A DNA stretch of 64,000 nt, from the NCBI GenBank assembly GCA_963762115.1, contig CAVXJH010000006.1, positions 352,001 through 416,000 on the forward strand, given 5' to 3'. Every line of letters starts with the position of its first letter. Positions within the stretch are counted from its first letter, which is position 1. The position numbers and the translations under genes were made by a program. The stretch is from Candidatus Babeliales bacterium (GTDB lineage: Bacteria; Babelota; Babeliae; Babelales; JANWKD01). A model generated the notes under the pieces. That model was not told the origin of the DNA and made no database searches. It saw nothing but the letters and a program-made list of their open reading frames with translations. Shown piece by piece: positions 17,886 to 27,980 of this stretch.

Positions 17886-19883
17886 ATGATGAAAAAAAGA
17901 GTATTTCTTATCATGTTTTTTATTGTTACATCATTAGAATCAGCAAATAGTTATAGAAAAACGTTTCAAGAAAATTCAGCCACTCTTGTTTGGGAAGATG
18001 AAGAATGGCCAAATGAGTCATTCTCAGAGTATTTGCAACGCTGTTATACCTATCAACGTGATTTGCAAGAATTCAAAAAAAGAAAAGGAACGGCACAAAT
18101 TCTTGATGCTGTTGAGGTAAACAATGATGCACATAATGTTCTTTATGATGCAATTACTGCTCGAGATATTAACTTATTGTGCGGAAGCAAAATAGGGGAT
18201 TCATATGTTGCACAACTTGTTGATCGTACTGATACTATTTTTGGTAGAATGGCTTTATTTACTTTGCTTAATAATCCTACAAACGATGTTGCCGTGCTTC
18301 TTGAGCGACAAGCATTAATTAAAAAATTAGTAGATGATGAAGCATTATACGAACAGCTGAAAAAAGAAGTTTTTGTACCTTTAGCTAAAACAGAAAACAT
18401 GATTCTTTCTTTTTGGCTTCATGATGGTTTTTTGCAATCGAGTAAGCGTTGTTATTATAATGTGCCCTATTTTACTTCATTTGATGCTTTTATGAATAGT
18501 TCGCCTTGGGCCTTGGAATTGAAATCACTCTTGGGACACCAAGGAAGATTTTTATCGGCATCAATTAGTTGTTGTGCAACATTTATTTTGCCGTTATACC
18601 TTGCCTCGCTTGCAACAAAAAAACAACTTCCTGATTTCATAAATCAGTTGGCGTATCGCTTTCAAGGTGAAGGTGGACCTATTTTGGCAGTGCTTGCGTG
18701 CTCAACAAATGCCTATATTGCTGCTGCGGGTATTGGTGCAACAACGGCGCATGTGGGATTTAATAGCAAAGAAAGCCTTGATTGGGCTGTTGATTGTGTG
18801 AAATTAGAAAGTCTTCTGCAAAAAAAAATGATGGAAATTGCAAAGTTTTTTAAATGCATACATCGTTCATTAGCTATTTTTAGAAAATATCCAGAATTTG
18901 TTGAACTATGTCCTGATGCACAACATATGCAGCAACATATGCAAAAAATAATGAAAAATAACGAAGTAAAGAAGTTAATCGACTTGCTATTTACCAGAAC
19001 TTTTGTAGGTGAATCTTCTCTTACATCATTTCAAGGAAGAGTATTAGTTGCGTATCGCCTCATGCATGCAATAAAAACAGCATTCGAACCCTTGCTGTTA
19101 CACCTGGGCAACATTGATGCGGCGCTTTCATGTGCAACATTGTATAAAGAATTTTCACATAAAAGGGTGCATTATTCATTTGTGGAATATCAAGAGTCAT
19201 CAACCCCAACGATTAATGCAATAAATTTTTGGAATCCGTTAATTAATGTTGATGTTGTTGTGCCAAATTCATTGCAGTTGGGTGAGCAACAACGAAGAAA
19301 TATGATCATTACCGGCCCTAATGCGGGAGGAAAATCTTCGCTTATCAAAGGCCTTGTAATTAATCTTATCTTAGCGCAAAGCATTGGCCTTGTTGCGGCG
19401 GATAAAATGGTTATAACGCCATTTCATACTATTGCTACCTATTTGAATATTGTTGATGATATTGCTTCAGGAAATTCTCTTTTTAAAGCACAAGTATTGC
19501 GAGCACAAGAAATGGTGTTTTTGGCAGAAAATACGTCACCGCATTTGTTTAATTTTATTGCTCTTGATGAAATGTTTAATGGCACTTCTCCTGAAGAAAG
19601 CGAAGCTGCGGCTTATAGTGTTGCGCATTATTTGGGCACATTTGCTAATAGTATGTGTGTGTTGGCGACTCATCATCCTCAGATGACATTATTAGAAAAA
19701 GAGAGTGATTGTTTTGCTAATTACAAAGTTTCTGTGGTTGTACATCCGCTTAAAGGCATTTATTATCCTTTTAAGCTTGAAACTGGCATTTCGCAACAAC
19801 ATATTGCGCTAGATATTTTAAAGCAAGAAGGCTTTGATAATGCCATTATTCAGCATGCATTGAAGTTGTTATATAATTCTTGA
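17886..19883 (+). CDS. MutS-related protein (core + ATPase domain V) with signal peptide
   Basis: ITGPNAGGKS, SLFKAQ, LDEMFNGTSPEE, ATHH; no mismatch-recognition domain I seen; hydrophobic N-terminus. Confidence 0.85.
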   Translation: MMKKRVFLIMFFIVTSLESANSYRKTFQENSATLVWEDEEWPNESFSEYLQRCYTYQRDLQEFKKRKGTAQILDAVEVNNDAHNVLYDAITARDINLLCGSKIGDSYVAQLVDRTDTIFGRMALFTLLNNPTNDVAVLLERQALIKKLVDDEALYEQLKKEVFVPLAKTENMILSFWLHDGFLQSSKRCYYNVPYFTSFDAFMNSSPWALELKSLLGHQGRFLSASISCCATFILPLYLASLATKKQLPDFINQLAYRFQGEGGPILAVLACSTNAYIAAAGIGATTAHVGFNSKESLDWAVDCVKLESLLQKKMMEIAKFFKCIHRSLAIFRKYPEFVELCPDAQHMQQHMQKIMKNNEVKKLIDLLFTRTFVGESSLTSFQGRVLVAYRLMHAIKTAFEPLLLHLGNIDAALSCATLYKEFSHKRVHYSFVEYQESSTPTINAINFWNPLINVDVVVPNSLQLGEQQRRNMIITGPNAGGKSSLIKGLVINLILAQSIGLVAADKMVITPFHTIATYLNIVDDIASGNSLFKAQVLRAQEMVFLAENTSPHLFNFIALDEMFNGTSPEESEAAAYSVAHYLGTFANSMCVLATHHPQMTLLEKESDCFANYKVSVVVHPLKGIYYPFKLETGISQQHIALDILKQEGFDNAIIQHALKLLYNS

Positions 19884-20009
19884 AGTTGCAAATAAAACTG
19901 CTAAGCATATGAGGGGTTTTTTTTGCAACAAGTTGAATAAAATTCTTCTAAAACTATACTAAAAAAAGTATCTTTTTTTATTTTTTTGTTGTGTTATTAG
20001 GTTTTATCA

Positions 20010-22115
20010 ATGAAATTAAATCTTTGGATTGTATTATTTCTTTGTTCAGGTTCTTTTCTCAATGCGATGGAGCAACAAGAAGAAACAATTCCATTTCAAA
20101 CAATGAATGGAAAAACTTTTTTGGTAAAAAAAGGAGTTGCCAAAAATTTTTGTGCAATTCGATCTTTATTTGAAGATGATAAGGATATTTTTCAGTCATT
20201 AAAAAATCAATCAAGCGAACCAATACCTCTGAGCGAAGTAACACCGCGAGCTTTTGGGGAGATTATTGATTTTTATGAAAATGACCATGTTCCTGGTATG
20301 AATTGTTTCAATAGTCTTCATCAAGAAACATTAATTGAAATTATTAATGCGGCATATTATTTGAATTGTAAATCTGTTTTACAAGTTGCTTGTAGTGCAT
20401 ATGCAAAAAAATATGTTAAAAATGTTGGTAATGGTGAATGGGGGGAAAGGCATAAAAATCTCTTAGTAGATGTCGATCGCATGGTTGCTAACATTATTTT
20501 GAATAAATATACTGCTTTTGACGATTTTTTTAAATCAACACGAAATCTTTCATTAAAGGAAAGTCTTCTGGCTTTTCCACGAAGAAAATTTGTTGTTAAG
20601 AGTGTCAATGCAGAAAGCATTACTCCTCTTGCAATTTCATCTAAAGGTTCTTATCTTTCAGTTGCTGTTGAAGGAAAGCATTCACAATTATTTGATTTAA
20701 AAAACAATGTATTACAAAAACCTTTAAAAAAAAATTCATTAAACAATGCTGAAAGAATGTATGGTAATTTTTCGCCATCATTTCGACAGGTAAGAAGTGA
20801 CTTTAATCTTGCTGCTTTTAGTCCTGATGAATCGTTGTATTGCCAAGTTTACCCTTATGAGACGTTGAGGCAAAAAAGTCCTCAAAGATGTTTGATTGTT
20901 TGGAGAACAACTGATGATGAAGTATTAATGGAGCAAGAAGGTGATTTTATGTTGCCAGGCTTTAGTCCTGATAATAAAATTTTGGCAGCAATTGAGCAAA
21001 GTAATGATGCAGAAGATGAAAATGCAGAAATTTTTATATGGAATTTAAAAAAATTACAAAAACAGCCCATAAAAAAGTTGCCAACTATTAGTAATTATAG
21101 AGTGAAACAAAATTATGCATTTAGCACACAGGGTGAATTGGCCTATCTTAAAGATAAAACAACATTAGCTTTATGGGATCCAAAAACCAATCAAGAAACT
21201 GAAGTTCCTTGTTATGGAAAAAATTGTAAAAGAAAAAATTATCATATTTATTCATTTCATTTTAGCCCGGATGGCTCAAAGTTGGTTTTTTTAGCCGCTG
21301 ATCGTGAATTAAATTATGGACCACAAAAGCAGTATAGTATTGATCCCAATGCTGTGATACAGGTTTATGATCTCAAAAAACAGACGCATAATTATTATCC
21401 TTTTAAGAATGAACGCCCTTTTGATCTTGATTTTTCAGATGATGGTAAATACTTTGTTGTTTCAATACATAATTATGATTCTCCTGTGATGAAATATATC
21501 TTTGATCTTGATTTTTTTCTTGATTTTTTTGGTGATCATCCTTACTTAGTTCATTCAGTATTATGGCCTAAGGGCAAATATGCTTTAAAAAATTATAATG
21601 GGCTTTTGCATTATTTAGAATGGGGTGAAAGAAAAATTGTAAGAGGCAAAGAAAAGATTTCTGATACCAGAGGACCTCATTTTGATGTTAGAGAATTTAT
21701 GTTTTTGGAAGGTGTTCCTTCTTATCATTCAAGTCGCTCCTCTATTCAACTCATTGACAGAAATTTTTTAGTTCTAAAAAAAGCTTGTAAAGGTACAATT
21801 ACTATTTGGGGGCCTTTTTTTGATTCATTTCAATTAAAAGAAGATTTAGAGAAGTTATCATCATTACAGGTTGCTTTTATGAAAACGTTATGGAAGCGTA
21901 AAAAACCTTTGAGTATTAAAAGAAACAAGCTTCCTTCTGGAAAAACAATTCCTTTTGATTCACCATTATGGCGAATATATAAAAGTCTCCCTTATGCTGT
22001 ACGGCAACGTTTATATGGAAAAGTTATAGAAAAAGATGTTAAGGCAATTTTAGTAAGAGGAACATCTTCTGAAACATATGCTGTTAGCGGCTTGAAAAAT
22101 CATTTAATAGAATAA
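20010..22115 (+). CDS. Secreted Skp1/POZ-like + WD40-like beta-propeller protein 1
   Basis: NA|ME signal; GKTFLV..VAK...IRSLFED...IPLSEV...LIEIINAAYYLNCKSVLQVAC resembles Skp1; repeated FSPD..L and IW motifs. Confidence 0.78.
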   Translation: MKLNLWIVLFLCSGSFLNAMEQQEETIPFQTMNGKTFLVKKGVAKNFCAIRSLFEDDKDIFQSLKNQSSEPIPLSEVTPRAFGEIIDFYENDHVPGMNCFNSLHQETLIEIINAAYYLNCKSVLQVACSAYAKKYVKNVGNGEWGERHKNLLVDVDRMVANIILNKYTAFDDFFKSTRNLSLKESLLAFPRRKFVVKSVNAESITPLAISSKGSYLSVAVEGKHSQLFDLKNNVLQKPLKKNSLNNAERMYGNFSPSFRQVRSDFNLAAFSPDESLYCQVYPYETLRQKSPQRCLIVWRTTDDEVLMEQEGDFMLPGFSPDNKILAAIEQSNDAEDENAEIFIWNLKKLQKQPIKKLPTISNYRVKQNYAFSTQGELAYLKDKTTLALWDPKTNQETEVPCYGKNCKRKNYHIYSFHFSPDGSKLVFLAADRELNYGPQKQYSIDPNAVIQVYDLKKQTHNYYPFKNERPFDLDFSDDGKYFVVSIHNYDSPVMKYIFDLDFFLDFFGDHPYLVHSVLWPKGKYALKNYNGLLHYLEWGERKIVRGKEKISDTRGPHFDVREFMFLEGVPSYHSSRSSIQLIDRNFLVLKKACKGTITIWGPFFDSFQLKEDLEKLSSLQVAFMKTLWKRKKPLSIKRNKLPSGKTIPFDSPLWRIYKSLPYAVRQRLYGKVIEKDVKAILVRGTSSETYAVSGLKNHLIE

Positions 22116-22202
22116 TAGTGAAATTTGTTGAAGAAAATATACCAAGGGTTATGTATTTTCAGTGAGTACAAGAAACTTTAAAAACAGGAATGACATTTCG
22201 AT

Positions 22203-22355
22203 ATATTGTCAGTTGTATTTGCTTAATTAGTTCTTTAAATTTTTTATCGAATTTGTAATCTAATATTTTTTGCAACAAGTTGAATAAAGCTTCTCTAAAA
22301 CTATACTAAACAAAGTACATTTTTTTATTTTTACGATGTTTTTTAGGTTTTATCA
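22203..22355 (+). promoter_or_regulatory. Duplicated upstream/promoter region of the Skp1-propeller genes (copies at ~24737-24891 and, partly, ~19918-20009)
   Basis: Near-identical DNA in front of all three genes, containing TTGAAT-16-TATACT. Confidence 0.7.
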
Positions 22356-24509
22356 ATGAAATTAAATCTTTGGATTGTATTATTTCTTTGTTTGGGCTCT
22401 TTTCTTAATGCGATGGAACAACAAGAAGAGACAATTCCATTTGAAACGGGTGATGGAAAAATTTTTTATGTTAAAAAAGAAATTGCTGCTAATTTTAGTG
22501 GCATTCGAGCGCTGATTTCAGGTGATTTTGTGCCATTGCATAACCAAGAAACTCAATCGATACCTTTTAATGAAATTGTAAAAAATAAAGCTTTCAAAAC
22601 TATTGTTGATTTTTATGAAGGTGAAAAAGATATTAATTTTTTTAAAGATTTTCCTCAAAAAAAATTAATTAAGGTGATTAATGCCGCTCATTATCTTGAT
22701 TGTGAAGAAGTTTTGCGAGCAGCATGTAAAATATATACAAAAAAATTGTTCAAATATATAAGTGATGCAAAAGGAATAAAAAGGCACAAAAAGCTTTTGA
22801 TAGATGTTGATCATGATATTACAAATGCAATTTTAAACAAAAAAACTGAGAATTCATTTGCGATTTATGAGTCTTATAAAGTAAAACATAAAACTCAAAA
22901 AGTGTCGCTAAAAGAAAATATACTTACCTTTATACTGCATAAAACGATCGACGTGCAAGATAAGAGTCTCTATTGGAAAGGTCTCTATAATTGTGCAGAA
23001 ACAGGGAATCCTCTTATTATGTCTCCAAAAGGTTCCTATTTAGTACTTTACTTTACGTGTGGGGAGATGCGGCTTTTGGATTTAAGAGCTAATGTATTGA
23101 AAGATCCTTTAATGGTTCAAAATGTAAGATTAAAATTCTGTAAATTTGCTAGGTTTTATGAAAATCGAAATGTAACATTTGATTCTGATGAATCTTTGTA
23201 TTGTGGCATTTATAGTTCTGGAAAAAATAAGCGGGAAAAGTGCCTTGTTGTTTCAAGAACAATAAATAATGAAATCTGCATGAAGCAAGAGGGAGATTTT
23301 GTATTACCAGGCTTTAGCTCAAACAATACTTTTTTAGCTGCTGTTGCATTAAATAAAGAATATGAAATAAAAGCTGCTGAAAATGCACATGTATGTGTAT
23401 GGGATTTATCAACAAGTCTCTTATTAAAAAAGTTACCAACTATATTTAATAAGAAAGTAATACAAAATTATGCATTTAGTTCACAAAATGCATTAGCGTA
23501 TCTTAAAAATAAAACAACATTGGCTGTATGGCATCCATCATCTAATCGAGAAATAGAAGTCCCTAGTTATGGCAATTGTTATAATGATAAAAACAATTAT
23601 CACATTTATGAATTCAGTTTCAGTCAAGATGGTACGAAGCTTATTTTTTTATCGAGTGATCGTGTTTTGGATGTTGGTCCGCAACAACAGTATGTTACAT
23701 TGCCAAAAAGCATTTTGAATATGTACGATATAAAAAACGATAAGCTTTGTTATTATGAATTCGAAAACGAAAAACCATTTGATCTTGGTTTTTCGCAAGA
23801 AGGTAAATATTTTTTTACGAGTGAATCTAGACCGTACTATACTAGTTTACAGATGTGCAATTATGATCGATTCTTAAAGGTTTTTAGCGTGGATAGTTTT
23901 GAAGATACGCCATATGTAGGCCATAGACTTGATAGTTGTAAGAGGCCTTTTCTGGTACATACAGATGCTAAAGATAGATTAGGGCTTTTAGAATGCATGG
24001 GAAGAAAAATTTTTCGAGGTTACGCTAGAAAATATGGTAGCGAGCCGAATTTTGGGATTAATGAATTAGCGTATATAAATAATTTACCAAAAGAATTGTA
24101 TAGAGAAGTAAAGGTTTTTGATGCTAAAGGAAAATTTTTTTTCGTAAACGTTGAATTAGACAAAGAAGATGAATATCATCAAAAAATTAACATATGGGGG
24201 CCTACGATAGACCCATTTCAATTAGAAGAAGATGTGCAGTCATTATCTTCTGAGCATTTGACTTTGGTTCAAGCGTTATTAAAACGAAAAGATCCTTTGT
24301 TAATTGAAAAAATACACCTTCCTTCAGGTAAAAAAATTCCAATGACTTCTCCTGTTATTTCACTATACAAGAGTTTACCCAAAAGTGTTAAAGAACGTTT
24401 ATATGGAAAAGTTATAGAAAAAGATGTTAAGGCAATTTTAGTAAGAGGAACATCCTCTGAAACATATGCTGTTAGCGGCTTGAAAAATAATTTAATAACG
24501 CGAATTTGA
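22356..24509 (+). CDS. Secreted Skp1/POZ-like + WD40-like beta-propeller protein 2
   Basis: DGKIFYV..IA...LIKVINAAHYLDCEEVLRAAC; propeller-type repeats; paralog of protein 1. Confidence 0.78.
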   Translation: MKLNLWIVLFLCLGSFLNAMEQQEETIPFETGDGKIFYVKKEIAANFSGIRALISGDFVPLHNQETQSIPFNEIVKNKAFKTIVDFYEGEKDINFFKDFPQKKLIKVINAAHYLDCEEVLRAACKIYTKKLFKYISDAKGIKRHKKLLIDVDHDITNAILNKKTENSFAIYESYKVKHKTQKVSLKENILTFILHKTIDVQDKSLYWKGLYNCAETGNPLIMSPKGSYLVLYFTCGEMRLLDLRANVLKDPLMVQNVRLKFCKFARFYENRNVTFDSDESLYCGIYSSGKNKREKCLVVSRTINNEICMKQEGDFVLPGFSSNNTFLAAVALNKEYEIKAAENAHVCVWDLSTSLLLKKLPTIFNKKVIQNYAFSSQNALAYLKNKTTLAVWHPSSNREIEVPSYGNCYNDKNNYHIYEFSFSQDGTKLIFLSSDRVLDVGPQQQYVTLPKSILNMYDIKNDKLCYYEFENEKPFDLGFSQEGKYFFTSESRPYYTSLQMCNYDRFLKVFSVDSFEDTPYVGHRLDSCKRPFLVHTDAKDRLGLLECMGRKIFRGYARKYGSEPNFGINELAYINNLPKELYREVKVFDAKGKFFFVNVELDKEDEYHQKINIWGPTIDPFQLEEDVQSLSSEHLTLVQALLKRKDPLLIEKIHLPSGKKIPMTSPVISLYKSLPKSVKERLYGKVIEKDVKAILVRGTSSETYAVSGLKNNLITRI

Positions 24510-24561
24510 TACGTTAAAAATATGAATTTAGCCTAAAGAAAAAAACATAAAAATCAGCGTT

Positions 24562-24727
24562 GTCATTGCGAGCCAACATTGTTGGCGTGGCAACCCAGCA
24601 TATAAAATTCTTTTTATTTTTCCTAATTAATTTTGATTTACTGATTCAATAAGTTTTAATTTTAAGGATTTCATTAATGAGAACATTATAATCTGGATCC
24701 CCACGGCACAATGTGCCTCGGGAAGAC
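24562..24727. repeat. Inverted doublet of REP/RPE-like palindromes
   Basis: GTCATTGCGAG-hairpin-CGTGGCAACCCAG at 24562-24598 and reverse-oriented GTCTTCCCGAG-hairpin-CGTGGGGATCCAG at 24693-24727. Confidence 0.8.
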
Positions 24728-24891
24728 ATTTTGGGTATATTGTTAGTTGTATTTGCTTAATTAGTTCTTTAAATTTTTTATCGAATTTGCGTAATCTAAT
24801 ATTTTTTGCAACAAGTTGAATAAAACTTCTCTAAAACTATACTAAACAAAGTACATTTTTTTATTTTTACGATGTTTTTTAGGTTTTATCA

Positions 24892-26844
24892 ATGAAACTA
24901 AATCTTTGGATTGCATTATTACTTTTTTCAGGCTCTTTTCTTAATGCGATGGAACAACAAGAAGAAACAATTCCATTTCAAACAATGGATGGAAAAACTT
25001 TTTTGGTAAAAAAAGAAGTTGCCAAGAATTTTCGTGCAATTCGATCTTTATTTGAGGATGATAAGGATATTTTTCAGTCATTAAAAAATCAATCAAGCGA
25101 ATCAATACCGCTTAATGAGCTTGTGAGCGCTAAAATTTTTCAAAGTATTCTCAATTTTTATGATGCTGAAGATAAGAATTTTTATTTAGATGAACTTTCA
25201 GAAGAAAATTTAATAGATTTTATACAGGGGGCTTTTTATCTTGATGATGAAGTGGCGCAAAAAATGGTATTAATGAAAATAACTTTAGATGATGATCTTT
25301 ATCGAATGGAGCGCAGGCTTAGGGATATAACAAATAGGGGTATAGGTGATATAGTCAAAATAAATTCTGATGCAATGAAAAAGGTTATTTTTAAGACAAA
25401 AAATAGTCAATTAAGAGGTGGTGGTATAACGTTTAAAGAGCATCTTTTAAAGTTGGTTCCCATACACTATTTAGGTGATTCACAAGATTCTGAAAACAAA
25501 ATTGCACAACGCGCTTTTAATATTTCTGCTCAAGGATCATTTGTTGCGGCATGCTTAGATAAAACTTTTCAAATTCGTCTTTATAATGTTCATGCTAATA
25601 CGAGTATTCTCTTTAATTGCTACCGCAGTGACTTAGTGTTTAGCGATGATGAACTATTGTGTTGTTATCAAGCTAAAGAAGATTGTTTAGTGGTAAGAGA
25701 GACTGCAACGGGGAAAATATGCAATACATTTAGGGGACCTTATTTCAAATCTCATTTTAGCCATGACGGTAAATTTCTTGCTGCTGTAAAAAAAATTGCT
25801 AATTTTGATTGTGAAATAGTTTTGTTGAATTTAAAAAAAAATCGAGAAGAATATATATTTAAATCAATAGGTCATAATGACCTACATAGAAATTATTTGT
25901 TTCATAAGAATGGTTTATTTGTTTATTATAAAAGTTTCCGTACGCTTGGCCTATTAAATCTTAATGATGTTGATCAGTCAGAAAGTATAGTTTCTATTTC
26001 TCATGAAAGTAATGGACATCTCACTCTTTTTGAAATAAGCCCTGATGGGAAAAAATTAGTTTTTTTTGGAAGATATCCAGGTTTCTCACTGCCCGGTACC
26101 CAGGGGTATTGTAAGAAAGGTAAGAATGGAATATATCTTTATGATATTGCAACCAAAACATTGGCATTCCATGAAGAGGCTTCGTCGCATAGGCTTATTT
26201 TTTCTCCTGATTCACAATTTGCATTAACATTTATTAAGGGTAATTTGCACAAAATTACTCTTGATTCATTGAGTGTAACATCCAGAGGTTTAGATAAATC
26301 AATTAAAGAATCAGATTTTATATCGCTAGCTCATAATTCAAAAAAAGATGGCTTATTATCATTATTGGTTTGTTCTTATGAGTCTCTAATCTGTTTTAGT
26401 AATTTAGAAGGTACAAACAAAAAAAAGATTACTATTGAACGCAATGGATATTGGAATAAGCCCAGTATAATCTCTCAAAATGGCATTTTTTTTCTTGAGC
26501 AAAGACATTATAATCTAATTGAATGTTATGGGCCTTGTATTGATTTACTAAAATTAAAAAAAGATATTAAAAAACTTTCGCTTGTTCAGCTATTTTTTTT
26601 GAAAAAATTTTTTTTATCTTCTGAACCAGTTCCTTTATATTCTTATAAAACATTACGGGGTATGAAAGTTGCAGAGCCAATATATGAACAACTTCCTTTA
26701 ACTTTGAAGCAAAAATTTTCTAATCAAGCTCGTTTTAACGAACCTTTTGCGGTGGCGAGAGGAAGTAGTTCTTCTATATTGTCAGACACATTTTTAGAGA
26801 GCAAAAAGCGTATTGATAGATATTTTCAAAATGGCGAGAAGTAA
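24892..26844 (+). CDS. Secreted Skp1/POZ-like + WD40-like beta-propeller protein 3
   Basis: First ~70 aa nearly identical to protein 1; LIDFIQGAFYLD; FSHDGKFLA, ISPDGKKLV, FSPDSQF repeats. Confidence 0.75.
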   Translation: MKLNLWIALLLFSGSFLNAMEQQEETIPFQTMDGKTFLVKKEVAKNFRAIRSLFEDDKDIFQSLKNQSSESIPLNELVSAKIFQSILNFYDAEDKNFYLDELSEENLIDFIQGAFYLDDEVAQKMVLMKITLDDDLYRMERRLRDITNRGIGDIVKINSDAMKKVIFKTKNSQLRGGGITFKEHLLKLVPIHYLGDSQDSENKIAQRAFNISAQGSFVAACLDKTFQIRLYNVHANTSILFNCYRSDLVFSDDELLCCYQAKEDCLVVRETATGKICNTFRGPYFKSHFSHDGKFLAAVKKIANFDCEIVLLNLKKNREEYIFKSIGHNDLHRNYLFHKNGLFVYYKSFRTLGLLNLNDVDQSESIVSISHESNGHLTLFEISPDGKKLVFFGRYPGFSLPGTQGYCKKGKNGIYLYDIATKTLAFHEEASSHRLIFSPDSQFALTFIKGNLHKITLDSLSVTSRGLDKSIKESDFISLAHNSKKDGLLSLLVCSYESLICFSNLEGTNKKKITIERNGYWNKPSIISQNGIFFLEQRHYNLIECYGPCIDLLKLKKDIKKLSLVQLFFLKKFFLSSEPVPLYSYKTLRGMKVAEPIYEQLPLTLKQKFSNQARFNEPFAVARGSSSSILSDTFLESKKRIDRYFQNGEK

Positions 26845-26855
26845 TTATAAATTCG

Positions 26856-27962
26856 CTAGATTTTAAATTTTTGCAATAACGAAAAATTAAGTTTTTCTGC
26901 TTTTTTTTCAAGTTCTTCTCGTGTCAACAATCCGGTTTTTGCACCAAGGTGACTTATCACTGAAGTGCTATTCAGTAATCCGTGCATGATTGCTTGTTCA
27001 ATTGAATTTTTTTGCAATAAACTGGCAACAAAACATGAGCCAAAAGCATCGCCAGCTCCAAGTGCATTGACTAATTTTACCGGTAAGCTTGGATGATAAT
27101 AAATAGTATTATGAGTATAAACATAGACTCCATGAGCCCCATCAGTTACCACAACAATTTTAGGACCAAGTTGCTCAATTGTTTTGAAGTATTGTATTAG
27201 ATTAAAACAAATATTTTTGCATTGCCATGGTGTTGCAAGAAGAACAGGAAGTGGTGTGTGTTTATTTTGAGTTGGTACGATATATTCATTGGTATCTGGC
27301 GCAATAACTTTGGAAAGCGACATCATGAATTGTTGCGCTTCGCTGTTATTTAAGATGAAAACATCAATCGAAGGTAAGGATGTTTTGAGGGCTTCAATTC
27401 CTGATGATAGCTGACTAATGCCAGGGTTATTAGCAACAAAAACACCATGTTCTTTGGCATACTTTGTCACGGGCAATAAAAGTTGAGATGAGGTCCCACT
27501 TAATGAAGTAATATAAAGACAATCACTTTCTTCTAGCGCACTAAAAGGAAATTCTTCTTGCGAAATATGGGCATTTGCGCCACGAAAAGCAAGCACGGTA
27601 TTGTCGCCATCTGCTGCAGGAATAATATATGACATGCCGGTGGAAATTGGTGCCGTTGTGCAGGCATGAGTTTCAATGCCTTCGTGTTGTAATTCTGCAA
27701 GAATGGCATTGCCTTGTTCATCTTTGCCAACTTTTATGATTGAGGTTACGTCAAATCCTAAACGCTTAAATGAGGTGGCGGAGTTAACTGCTCCGCCACC
27801 TGTTGAATATTCGATTGAACTTATTTCTATTTTTGTTCCCTCTTGAAGAAGCAAAAAAGATTTAATTTCTTGTTTACTTGACCATTCAATTGTTTGTGCA
27901 TTTTCATAATGAATAAAAATATCTCGCGTTGCACCGCCAAAAGTAATTATTTTCATATGCAA
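26856..27962 (-). CDS. PfkB-family carbohydrate kinase
   Basis: GGGAVNSA, VVTDGAHG, NALGAGDAFGS. Confidence 0.92.
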   Translation of the reverse strand: MHMKIITFGGATRDIFIHYENAQTIEWSSKQEIKSFLLLQEGTKIEISSIEYSTGGGAVNSATSFKRLGFDVTSIIKVGKDEQGNAILAELQHEGIETHACTTAPISTGMSYIIPAADGDNTVLAFRGANAHISQEEFPFSALEESDCLYITSLSGTSSQLLLPVTKYAKEHGVFVANNPGISQLSSGIEALKTSLPSIDVFILNNSEAQQFMMSLSKVIAPDTNEYIVPTQNKHTPLPVLLATPWQCKNICFNLIQYFKTIEQLGPKIVVVTDGAHGVYVYTHNTIYYHPSLPVKLVNALGAGDAFGSCFVASLLQKNSIEQAIMHGLLNSTSVISHLGAKTGLLTREELEKKAEKLNFSLLQKFKI

Positions 27963-27980
27963 TAATCAAGCTTTCTTTTG

